From NCBI GenBank assembly GCA_965261215.1, contig CBDHDT010000100.1, positions 56,905 through 120,904 on the forward strand: a stretch of DNA of 64,000 nt, given 5' to 3'. The position numbers and the translations under genes are program-made. Source of the DNA: Ekhidna sp. (GTDB lineage: Bacteria > Bacteroidota > Bacteroidia > Cytophagales > Cyclobacteriaceae). How positions within the stretch are numbered: the stretch's first letter is position 1; every line of letters begins with the position of its first letter. Below are positions 13,204 through 26,200 of this stretch, one piece after another. Below the pieces are notes generated by a model. The model had not been told where the DNA came from. It was given only the letters and a program-made list of their open reading frames with translations, and made no database searches.

Positions 13204-16200
13204 ACTTTTAGGAGAAAAACAAGTTTTTGTTAATATTTCCCCCATTCTACTGGTTTGATCAAAAGCAGTTGTTTAAACAAAACCAAATTTTACTCAAATT
13301 TACCCTTTTCAAACATTTTAACAAAAACAATCTTTTTGAGTATTTCAGTGCTCCTTTCTGAGATAGTCAAAATTTGGACAAAAAAGAGAAGTTCACTGTG
13401 AATTTTCCCGAAAATGCTTCAAAACAACAGTAAAGCTTAGTTTAGCTGTATGTAGCCTACCTTGAGGAGAAAAACAAAAATTTTCTTAATATTTCCCCCA
13501 TTTTACTGGTTTGATTAAAAGCAGTTGTTTAAACAAATCCTGATTTTCCTCAGGATTTTGCCCTTTTCAAAGTTGTTAAGAAAAACAAATTTTTGAGTAC
13601 TTCGGTCCTCTGTTCTGAGATTATCATACTTGACTAAAAAGAGAAGTTCACTATGAATTTCTCCAAAAATGCTTCAAAACAACAGAAAAGCATAGTTTAG
13701 CTCTATGTGGCCTACTTTCAGAAGAAAAACAAGTTTTTGTTAATATTTTACCCATTTTACTGGTTTGATCAAAAATATTTGTTTAAACAAATGCATATTT
13801 TCCTCAGGATTTGCCCCTTTTCATTCTTGTTAAGAAAAAAAAAATCTGAGTATTTCAGTTCCCCTTTCTGAGAGAGTTAATTATTTGACTAAAAAGAGAA
13901 GTTCTCTGTGAATTTCCCCCAAAATGCTTCAAAACAACAAAAAAAGCATAGTTTAGCTGTATGTAGCCTAACTTGAGGAGAAAAACAACTTTTTCTTAAT
14001 ATTTCCCCCATTTTACTGGTTTGATTAAAAGCAATTGTTGAAACAAATCCAGATTTTTCTCAGGATTTGCTCCTTTTAAAAGTTGTTAAGAAAAATAAAT
14101 TTTTGAGTATTTCGGTCCTCTGTTCTGAGACGGTCATTTTTGGACTAAAAAGAGAAGTTCACTATGAATTTCCCTAAAAATGCTTCAAAACAACAGAAAA
14201 GCATAGTTTAGCTGTAGGTGACTCACTTTGGGGAGAAAAAACAGCTTTTGTTATCATTTGCCACCTTTTACTGGTTTGATAAAAAGAATTGTTTAAACAA
14301 ATCCAAATATTCCTCAAGATTTACTCTTTTCAAACATTTTAAGAAAAAAAAACTTTCTAAATATTTCAGTGCTCCTTTCTGAGATAGTCACTTTTTGGAA
14401 TAAAAAGAGAAGTTCACTGTGAATTTTCCAGAAAATGCTTCAAAACAAAAGAAAAGCATATTTTTACTGTATGTAGCACACTATGGAGAGAAAAACAAGT
14501 TTTTATTAATATTTTCCCAATTTTAATGGTTTGATAAAAAAAATTGTTTAAAAAAATTCTGATTTTCCTCAGGATTTGCCGCTTTTTAAAACTTGTTTTG
14601 AAAAACAAATTTTCTGAATATTTCTGTGCTCTTTTCTGAGATAGTCAATTTTTGGACTAAAAAGAGAAGTTCACTGTGAATTTCCCTGAAAATGTTTCAA
14701 AACAACAGAAAAAATAGTTTAGCTGTATGTGGCTCACTTTTAGGATAAAAACAAGTTTTTTTATATTTCCCCCATTTTACTGGTTTGATCAAAAACAGTT
14801 GTTTAAACAAATCCAAATTTTCCTCATGATTTACATTTTTCAAACATTTTAACAAAAAAAATTTTTTTGAGGATTTCAGTGCTCCTTTCTGAGATAGTCA
14901 AAATTTGGACAAAAAAGGGAAGTTCACTGTGAATTTTCCCGAAAATGCTTCAAAACAACAGAAAAGCATAGTTTAGCTATATGGCCCACATTGGGGAGAA
15001 AAACTGTATTTATTAATATTTGTCACCTTGTACTGGTTTGAACAAAAAGAATAGTTTAATCAAATCCAAATTTACCTCAGGATTTACCTTTTCCAACATT
15101 TTAAGGAAAAAAAACTTTCTGAGTATTTCATTGCTCCTTTCTTAGATAGTTACTTTTTTTACTAAAAAGAGAAGTCTCTGTGAATTTCCCCCAAAATGCT
15201 TCATAACAACAGAAAAGTATAGTTTAACTGTATGTGGCTCAGATTGGGAAGAAAAACAGTTTTTGTTATTATTTGTTCCCTTTTACTGGTTTGACCAAAA
15301 TCTTTGGTTTAAACAAATCCAAATTTTCCTCAGGATTTGCCCATTTTCAAATTTGTCAAGAAAAAAAATCTTCTGAGTATTTCAGTGCTCCTTTCTGAGA
15401 TAGTTACTTTTTTGACTAAAATGAGAAGTTCGCCGTGAATATCCCCAAAAATGCTTAAAACAACAGAAAAGCATAGTTTCTCTGTACGTGTCTCCACTTT
15501 GAGGAGAAAAATAGGTTTTTGTTAATATTTCTTACCTTTTACTGGTTTGATCATAAACATTTGTTTAAATAATCCAAATTTTCCTCAGGATATACACTTT
15601 TCAAACCTTCTAAGAAAAACAGACTTTTTGAGTATTTCAGTGCTCCTTTCTGAGATAGTCAAAATTTGGATTAAAAAGAGAAGTTCACTGTGAATTTCCC
15701 CGAAAATGCTTCAAAACAACAGAAAAGTATAGTTTAGCTTGTATGTGGCTCACTTTGGGGAGAAAAACAGTTTTTATTAATATTTGTCCCCTTTTACTGG
15801 TTTGAACAAAAAGAATTGTTTAATCAAATCCAAATTTACCTCAGGATTTAGTCTTTTCAAACATTAAAAAAAAAAAAACTTTCTGAGTATTTAAGTGCTC
15901 CTTTCTGAGATAGTCACTTTTTGGAATAAAAAGAGAAGTTCACTGTGAATTTTCCCGAAAATGCTTCAAAACAACAGAAAAGCATAGTTTAGCTATATGG
16001 CCCCACATTGGGGAGAAAAACTGTATTTATTAATATTTGTCACCTTGTACTGGTTTGAACAAAAAGAATTGTTTAATCAAATCCAAATTTACCTCAGGAT
16101 TTACCTTTTCCAACATTTTAAGGAAAAAAAACTTTCTGAGTATTTCATTGCTCCTTTCTTAGATAGTTACTTTTTTTACTAAAAAGAGAAGTCTCTGTGA

Positions 16201-19200
16201 ATTTCCCCCAAAATGCTTCAAAACAACAGAAAAGTATAGTTTAACTGTATGTGGCTCAGATTGGGAAGAAAAACAGTTTTTGTTATTATTTGTTCCCTTT
16301 TACTGGTTTGACCAAAATCTTTGGTTTAAACAAATCCAAATTTTCCTCAGGATTTGCCCATTTTCAAATTTGTCAAGAAAAAAAAATCTTCTGAGTATTT
16401 CAGTGCTCCTTTCTGAGATAGTTACTTTTTTGACTAAAATGAGAAGTTCGCCGTGAATATCCCCAAAAATGCTTAAAACAACAGAAAAGCATAGTTTCTC
16501 TGTACGTGTCTCCACTTTGAGGAGAAAAATAGGTTTTTGTTAATATTTCTTACCTTTTACTGGTTTGATCATAAACATTTGTTTAAATAATCCAAATTTT
16601 CCTCAGGATATACACTTTTCAAACCTTCTAAGAAAAACAGACTTTTTGAGTATTTCAGTGCTCCTTTCTGAGATAGTCAAAATTTGGATTAAAAAGAGAA
16701 GTTCACTGTGAATTTCCCCGAAAATGCTTCAAAACAACAGAAAAGCATAGTTTTGCTTGTATGTGGCTCACTTTTGGGAGAAAAACAGTTTTTATTAATA
16801 TTTGTCCCCTTTTACTGGTTTGAACAAAAAGAATTGTTTAATCAAATCCAAATTTACCTCAGGATTTAGTCTTTTCAAACATTAAAAAAAAAAAAACTTT
16901 CTGAGTATTTAAGTGCTCCTTTCTGAGATAGTCACTTTTTGGACTAAAAAGGGAAGTTCACTGTGAATTTCCCCAAAAATGTTTCAAAAAAACAAAAATG
17001 CATAGTTTAGCTGTATGTGGCCTACTTTCAGGGGAAAAAACCAGTTTTTATTAATATTTCACCCATTTTACTGGTTTGATCAAAAATATTTGTTTAAACA
17101 AATCCATATTTTCCTCAGGATTTGCCCCTTTCCAAACTTGTTAAGAAAAACAAACTTTTTGAGTATTTCAGTGCTCCTTTCTGAGATAGTCAAAATTTGG
17201 ATTAAAAAGAGAAGTTCACTGTGGATTTCCCCGAAAATGCTTCAAAACAACAGAAAGCATAGTTTAGCGGTATGTGGCTAACTTTGGGGGGGGGGGAAAC
17301 AGTTTTTATTAATATTTGTCCCCATTTACTGGTTTGAACAAAAAGAATTGTTTAATCATATCCAAATTTACTTCAGGATTTAGCCTTTTAAAAACATTAA
17401 AAAAAACAAAAAAAATCTGAGTATTTAAGTGCTCCTTTCTGAGATAGTCACTTTTTGGACTAAAAAGTGAAGTTAATTGTGAATTTCCCCAAAAATACTT
17501 CAAAACAACAGAAAAGCTTAGTTTAGCTGTATGTGGCCTACTTTCAGGAGAAAAACAATTTTTTATTAATATTTCACCCATTTTACTGGTTTGATCAAAA
17601 ATATTTGTTTAAACAAATCCATATTTTCCTCAGGATTTACCCCTTTCCAAACTTGTTAAGAAAAACAAACTTTTTGAGTTTTTCAGTGCTCCTTTCTGAG
17701 ATAGTCAAAATTTGGACTAAAAAGAGAAGTTCACTCTGAATTTCCCCGAAAATGCTTCAAAACAACAGTAAAGCATAGTTTAGCTGTATATGGCCCACAT
17801 TGGGGAGAAAAATCGTATTAATTAATATTTGTCCCCTTTTACTGGTTTGAACAAAAAGAATTGTTTAATCAAATCCAAATTTACCTCCGGATTTACCTTT
17901 TCAAACATTTTAAGAAAAAAATACTTTCTGAGTATTTAAGTGCTCCTTTCTGAGATAGTCACTTTTTTTTACTAAAAGAGAAGTTCTCTGTGAATTTCCC
18001 CAAAAATGCTTCAAAACAACAGAAAAGTATAGTTTAACTGTATGTGGCTCAGATTGGGGAGAAAAACATTTTTTGTTATTATTTGTTCCCTTATACTGGT
18101 TTGACCAAAATCTTTTGTTTAAACAAATCCAAATTTTCCTCAGGATTTACCCTTTTCAAACATTTTATGAAAAACAAACTCTTTTTTTTAGCATTTCAGT
18201 GCTCCTTTCTGAGATAGTCATATTTTGGACTAAAAACAAAAGTTCTCTGTGAATTTTACCTAAAATGCTTCAAAACAACAAAAAAGCATAGTTTAGCTCT
18301 ATGTGGCTCACTATGAGGAGAAAAACAAGTTTAGTTAATATTTCCCTCCTTTTACTGATTTGATCAAAAAAAATTTTTTAAACAAATCCAAATTTTTTTC
18401 AAGATTTACCCTTTTTAAATATTTTAAGAAAAATCCTTTCTGAGTATTTCAGTGCTCCCTTATGAGATAGACCCTTTTTGGACTAAAAGGAGAAGTCCAC
18501 TGTGAAATTCCCCCAAAATGCTCCAAACAACAGAAAAGCATAGTTTATCTGTATGTATCTCACTTTCAGGGGGAAAAAATTTTTTTTTTTAATATTTCAC
18601 CCATTTTACTGGTTTGATCAAAAACATTTCTTTTAAACAAATCCAAATTTTCCTCAGGATTTGCCCATTTTCAAATTTGTCAAGAAAAACAAATTTTCTG
18701 AGTATTTCAGTGCTCCTTTCTGAGATAGTTACTTTTTTGACTAAAATGAGAAGTTCGCCGGGAATATCCCCAAAAATGCTTAAAACAACAGAAAAACATA
18801 GTTTCTCTGTACGTGTCTCACTTTGAGGAGAAAAACAGGTTTTTGTTAATATTTCTTACCTTTTACTGTTAGATCATAAACATTTGTTTAAATAATCCAA
18901 ATTTTCCTCAGGATGCTTCAAAACAACAGAAAAGCATAGTTTAGCTGTATGTGGCCTACCTTGAGGAGAAAAACAAATTTTTCTTAATATTTCCCCCATT
19001 TTACTCGTTTGATCAAAAAAAGTTGTTTAAACAAATCCAGAATTTCCTCAGGATTTTCCCCTTTTCAAACTTGTTAAGAAAAAATAAATTTCTATGTATT
19101 TCTGTTCTCTGTTCTAAGATTATCATTTTTGGACTAAAAAGAGAAGGTCACTGTGAATTTTTCCGAAAATGCTTCAAAACAACAGAAAAGCATAGTTCAG

Positions 19201-20227
19201 CTGTATGTGGCTCACATTGGGGAGAAAAACATTTTTTATTACTATTTCTCCGCTTTTACTGGTTTGATCGGAAAGAATTGTTTAAACAAATCCAAATTTA
19301 CCTCAGGATTTCCCTTTTCAAACATTTTAAGAAAAACAAACTTTTTGAGTATTTCAGTGCTCCTTTCTGAGATATTTTGGACTAAATAGAGTATTTCACT
19401 GTGAATTTCCCCGAAAATACTTCAAAACAATAGAAAAGCATAGTTTAGCTGTATGTGGCTCACTTTGGGGAGAAAAACAGTTTTTGTTAATAATTGTCCC
19501 CTTTTACTGGTTGGATCAAAACATTTGTTTAAACAAATCCAAATGTACCTTAGGATTTGCCCTTTTCAAACATTTTAAGAAAAACAAAATTTCTGAGTAA
19601 TTCAGTGCTCCTTTCTAAGATAGTAATTTTTTGACTGAAAAGAGAAGTTCACTGTGAATTTTCCCGAAAATGCTTCAAAACAACAGAAAAGCATATTTTA
19701 GCTGTATGTAGCTCACTATGGAGAGAAAAACAAGTTTTTAATAATATACACCCCATTTTAGTGGTTTGATCAAAAACATTGGTTGAAACAAATCCAAATT
19801 TTCCTCAAGATTTGCCACCTTTCAAACTTGTTAAGAAAAACAAACTTTCTGAGTATTTCGGTGCTCTTTTCTGAGATAGTCACTTTTTGGACTAAAAAGG
19901 GAAGATCACGGTGAATTTCCCAAACAATGCTTCAAAACACCAGAAGAGCACAGTTTAGCTGTATGTGGCTCACTTTCGAGAGAAAAACAGTTTTGGTTAA
20001 TATTTCCCCCATTTTACTGGTTTGATCAAAAACATTTGTTTAAACAAATCCTGATTTTCCACAGGATTTGCCGCTTTTCAAATTTGTTATTAAAAAAAAA
20101 TTTCCAAGTATTTCTCTGCTCTTTTCTGAGATAATCAATTTTAGGACTAAAAAGGGAGAATTTCACTGTGCATTTCCCTAAAAATGCTTCGAAAAAACAG
20201 AAAAGAATAGTTTAGCTGTATCTGGCC
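13204..20227 (-). repeat. Same satellite, block 2, inverted orientation (~7 kb, about 27 monomers)
   Basis: From 13204 the sequence reads as the reverse complement of the monomer (ttactggtttgatcaaaa..., catagtttagctgtatgtggctcac). It reverts to forward orientation at 20228. Confidence 0.95.
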
Positions 20228-23200
20228 AAACCAGTAAAAGGGGACAAATATTAACAAAAACTGTATTTCTTCCCAAAATGAGCATCATACAGCTAAACTA
20301 TGCTTTTCTGTTCTTTTGCAGCATATTTGGTGAAATTTACAGTGAACTTCTCTTTTTTGTCCAAAAAAGAGTATCTCAGAACTGAGCACAGAAATATTCA
20401 GAAAGTTTGTTTTTCTTAACAAGTTTGAAAAGGTACAAATCCTGAGGAAAATCTGGATTTGTTTAAACAACAGTTTTTGATCAAACCAGTAAAATGGGGG
20501 AAATATTAACAAAAACTTGTTTTTCTCCTCATACTATGCCACATACAGTTAAATTATGTTTTTCTATTATTTTAAGCTTATTCGGGGAAATTCACAGAGA
20601 ACTTGTCTTTTGAGTCAAAAAAGTAACTATCTCAGAAAGGAGCACTGAAATACTCAGAAAGTTTGTTTTTCTTAAAATGTTTGAAAAGGGTAAATCCGAG
20701 GAAAATATGGATTGATTTAAATAATTCTTTTTGATCAAACCAGTAAAAGTGGACAAATAATAACAAAAATTGTTTTTCTCGCCTATGTGAGCCACATACA
20801 GCAAAAATATGCTTTTCTGTTGTTTTGAAGCATTTTCGGGGAAATTTACAGTGAACTTCTCTTTTTAATCCAAAATGTGACTATCTAAGATAGGACCACT
20901 GAAATACTCAAAAAGTTTGTTTTTCATAAAATATTTGAAAAGGGTAAATCCTGAGGAAAATTTGGATTTGTTAAAACAATTCTTTTTGATCAAACCAGTA
21001 AAAGGGGGCAAATATTTTTAAAAAACTGTTTTTCTGCCAAAAGTTAGCCACTTACAACTAAACTATGCTTTTCTGTTGTTTTGAAGCATTTTCGGAGAAA
21101 TTCCAGTGAACTTCATTTTTTAGTCCAAAATGTAACTATCTCAGAAAGGAGCTCTGAAATACTCAGAAAGTTTATTTTTCTTAAACTCTTTGAAAAGGGT
21201 AAATCTTGAGGAAAATTTGGATTTGTTTAAACAAATTTTTTTGATCAAACCAATGGGAGAAACATTAACAAAAATTGTTTTTCTCCTCAAAGTGAGCCAT
21301 ATACAGCTAAACTATGCTTTTCTGTTGTTTTGAAGCATTTTTGCAAAAATTCACAGAGAACTTCTCTTTTTAGTCAAAAAATTAACTATCTCAGAAAGGA
21401 GCACTGAAATACTCAGAAAGTTTGTTTTTCTTAAGAAATTTGAAAATGGGCAAATCCGAAGGAAAATTTGGATTTGTTTAAACTAATGTTTTTGATCAAA
21501 CCAGTAAAATGGGTGAAATATTAAGAAAACCTTGTTTTTCTCCTCAAAGTGAGCCACATACAGCTAAACTATGCATTTTTTTTGTTTTGAAGCATTTTTG
21601 GAGAAATTCACAGTGAACTTCCCTTTTTAGTCCAAAAAGTGACTATCTCAGAAAGGTGGACTGAATTACTCAGAAAGTTTGTTTTTCTTAAAATGTTTGA
21701 AAAGGGTAAATCCTGAGGAAAATTTGGATTTGTTTAAACAATTCTTTTTGATCAAACCAGTAAAAGGGGGCAAATATTAACAACAACTATTTTTCTCCCC
21801 AGATGAGCCACATATAGCTAAACTATACGTTTCTGTTGTTTTGAAGCATTTCCGTGGAAATTCACAGAGAAATTCTCTTTTTAGTCCAAAAAGTGACTAT
21901 CTCAGAAAAGAGCACAGAAATACTCAGAAAGTTTGTTTTTCTTAACAAGTTTGATAGGAGCAAATCTTGAGAAAAAATGGATTTGTTTAAATATCTGTTT
22001 TGGATCAAACCAGTAAAATGGGACGAATATTATAAAAAAACTTTTTTTCTCCTCAAAGTGAGCCACATAGAGTTAAACTATATTTTACCGTTGTTTTGAA
22101 TCATTTTTAGGGAAATTCACCGAGAACTTCTCTTTTATTCAAAAAAGTAATTATCTCAGAAAGGAGCACTGATATACTCAGAAAGTTTGTTTTTCATAAA
22201 ATGTTTGAAAAGAGTAAATCTATAGGAAAATGTGGATTTGTTTAAACAACTCTTTTTGATCAAACCAGTAAAAGGGGACAAATATTAACAAAAACTGTTT
22301 TTCTCTCCAAATTAACTATCACAGAAAGGAGCACTTTTCATGATGTTTTGAAGCATTTTTGGGGAAATTCACAGAGAACTTCTATTTTTTGTAAAAAAAA
22401 AAAGGTATCTCATAATGGAGCACTGAAATACTCATAAAGTTTGTTTTTCTTAACAAATTTGAAAATGGGCAAATCCTCAGGAAAATTTGGATTTGTTTAA
22501 ACTAATTTTTTTGATCAAACCAGTAAAAGTGGACAAATATTAACAAAAACTTGTTTTTTTCTTTAAAGTGAGCCCCTTTCAGCTAATCTAAGCTTTTCTG
22601 GTGCTTTGAAGCATTTTTGGGGAAATTTACAGTGAACTTCACTTTTTAGTCCAAAAAGTATCTCAGAAAGGAGCACTGAAATACTCAGAAAGTTTCGTTT
22701 TTCTTAAAATATTTGAAAGGGGTAAATCCTGAGGAACATTTGGATTTCTTTAAACAACTGATTTTGATAAAACCAGTATATGGGAATACATATTAACAAA
22801 AACTGTTTTTCTTCCCAAAGTGAGCCACATACAACTAAACTATGCTTTTCTGTTGTTTTGGAGCATTTTCGGGGATATTCACAGAGAACTTCTCTTTTTA
22901 GTCCAAAAAGTGACTTTCTCAGTATGGAGCATTGAAATACTCAGAAAGTTTGTTTTTCTTAAAACGTTTGAACAGGGTGTATCCTGAGGAAAATTTGGAT
23001 TTGTTTAAACTACTATTTTTGATCAAACAAGAAATATGGAACAAATATTAATAAAAATTTGTTTTCTCCCAAATGTGAGCCACATACAGCTAAACTATGC
23101 TTTTCTGTTGTTTTGAAGCATTTTCGTAGAAATATTCACAGTGAACTTCTCTTTTTAGTCCAAAATGTGACTCCCCGAAAAGAGCACTGAAATATTCAGA

Positions 23201-26200
23201 AAGTATGCTTTTCTTAAAATGTTTGAAAAGGGTAAATCCTGAGAAAAATTTGGAATTTTTTAAACAACTGTTTTTGATAAAACAAGTAAATGGAGACAAA
23301 TATTAACAAAAACTGTTTTTTCCCAATGTGAACCACATACAGCTAATCTATGCTTTACTGTGGATTTGAAGAATTTTTTAGGAAATTCTCAGTGAACTTC
23401 TCTTTTTGCTCAAAAAAGTAACAATCTCAGAAAGGAGCACTGAAATACTAAGAAAGTTTGTTTTTCTTAAAATGTTATAAAAGGGTAAATCCTGAGGAAA
23501 ATTTGGATTTGTTTAAACAACTATTTTTTATCAAACCTGTAAATTGGGTGAAATATTAATAAGAACTTTTTTTCTCGTCAAAGTGGCCAAATAGAGTTAA
23601 ACTATGCTTTTCTGTTGTTTTGAAGCATTTTGGGGGAAATTCACAGAGAACTTCTCTTTTTAGTCCAAAAATTAACTATCTCAGGAAGTAGCACTGAAAT
23701 ATTCAGAAACTTTGTTAAACTTAAAAATTTTGAAAAGAGTAAATCCTGAGGAAAATTTGGATTTGTTGAAATACCTGTTTTTGATCAAACCAGTAAAAGG
23801 GGGAAAATATTAACAAAAACTGTTTTTCTTCCCAAAGTGAGCCACATACAGCTAAACTATGCTTTTCTGTTGTTTTGAAGCATTTTCGGGGAAATTCACA
23901 GTAAACTTCTATTTTTAGTCCAAAACATAACTATCTCGGAACAGAACACAGAATACTCAGAAAGTTTGTTTTTCTTAACAAATTTGAAAAGGGGAAAATG
24001 ATGTGAAAAATATGGATTTGTTTAAACAGCTGTTTTTGATCAAACCAGTAAAATGGGGGAAATATTAGGGAAAAAAACTTGTTTTTCAAATCATAGTGAG
24101 CCACGTACATATAAACTATGCTTTTCTGTTGTTTTGATGTATTTTTTGGAAAATTCACAGAGAACTTCGCTTTTTAGTCAAAAAAGTAACTAACTCAGAA
24201 AGGAGCAATGAAATACTCAAAAAGTTTGTTTTTCTTAAAATGTTTTAAAAAGTTAAATCTTGAGAAAAATTTGGATTTGTTTAAACAACTATTTTTGATC
24301 AGACCAGCAAAAGGGGACAATTATTAAGAAAAACTCTTTTTCTATCTAATGTGAGCCACGTACAGCTAAATTATGCTTTTCTGTTGTTCTGAAGCATTTT
24401 CTGGGATATTCACAGAGAACTTCTCTTTTTAGTCAAATTTAGACTATTTCAGAAAGGAGCAATGAAATACTCAAAAAGTTTGTTTTTCTTAAAATGTTTG
24501 AAAAGAGTATATTCTGAGGAAAATTTGGATTTGTTTAAACAACTGTTTTGATCAAACCAGTAAAAGGGGACAAATAGTAACAAAAACTCTTTTTCTTCCC
24601 AAAGTGAGCCACATACAGCTAAACTATGCTTTTCTGTTGTTTTGAAGCATTTTCGGGAAAATTTAGAGTAAACTTCTCTTTTTAGTCCAAAAAGTAACTA
24701 TCTCAGAACAGAACACAGAATATACAGAAAGTTTGTTTTTCTTAACAAATTTGAAAATGGGCAAATCCTGAGGAAAATTTGGATTTGTTTAAACAAATAT
24801 TTTTTATCAAACCATTAAAATGGGTGAAATATTAACAAAAACTTGTTTTACTCCTCAAAGTGAGCCACATACAGCTAAACTATGATTATCTGTTGTTTTG
24901 AAGCATTTTTGTTGAATTTCACTGTAAACTTCTCTTTTTAGTCCAAAAAGTGTCTATCTCAGAAAAGAGCACTGAAATACTCAGAAAGTTTTTTCCTGAG
25001 GAAAATTTGGATTTGTTTAAACAACTGTTTTTGACCAAACCAGTGAAACGAGGGAAATATTAACTAAAACTTGTTTTTCTCCTCAAAGTGAACCACATAC
25101 TGGTAAACTATGTTTTTTGTTGTATTGAAACATTTTTGGGGAAATTCACAGAGAACTTCCCTTTTTAGTCCAAAAATTAACTATCTAAGAAAGGAGCAAT
25201 GTAATTCCCAGAAAGTTTGTTTTTCTTAAAATGTTTGAAAAGGGTAAATCCTGAGGAAAATTTGGATTTGTTTAAACAACTGTTTTAGATCAAACCAGTA
25301 AAATGGGGGAAATATTTTTTTTAAAACTTGTTTTTCTCCCCAATATGAGCCCCATACAGCTAAACTATGTTTTCTGTCATTTTGAAGCATTTTCGGTGAA
25401 ATTCGAAGAGAACTTCTCTTTTTAATCCAAAAAGTAACAATCTTAGAAAGGAGCACTGAAATACTCAGGAAGTTAGTTTTTCTTAAAATGTTTGAAAAGG
25501 GTAAATGCTGAGGAAAATTTGGATTTGTTTAAACAACTGTTTTTGATCAAACCAGTAAAATGGGGGAAATAAAAACTTGTTTTTCTCCTCAAAGTGAGCC
25601 ACATACAGCTAAACAATGCTTTCTGTTGTTTTGAAAGATTTTTGGGAAAATTCAGTGAACTTCTCTTTTTAGTCCAAAAAGTAACAATCTTAGAAAGGAG
25701 CACTGAAATAACCAGAAAGTTTGTTTTTCTCAAAATGTTTGAATAGGGCAGATCGTGAGGAAAATATGGATTTGTTTAAACAACTGTTTTTGATCAAAGC
25801 AGTAAAATGGGAGAAATATTAAAATAACATGTTTTTCCCCTCAAAGTGAGCCACATCCAGATAAACTATGCTTTTCTGTTGTTTTGACACATTTTTGGGA
25901 ATATTCTCAGAGAACTTCTCTTTTTAGTCAAAAAAGTAACCATCTCAGAAAAAGGTCTGAAATACTCAGAAAGTTTGTTTTTCTTGAAATTTTTGAAAAG
26001 GGTAAATCCTGAGGAAAATTTGGATTTGTTTAAACAACTTTTTTTAATCAAACCAGTAAAAGGGGACAAATATTAACAAAAACTGTATTTCTCCCCAATG
26101 TGAGCCCCATACAGCTAAACTATGTTTTTCTGTTGTTTTGAAGCATTTTCGGTAAAATTCCAGAGAACGTCTCTCTTTAGTCCAAAAAGCAACCATCTTA

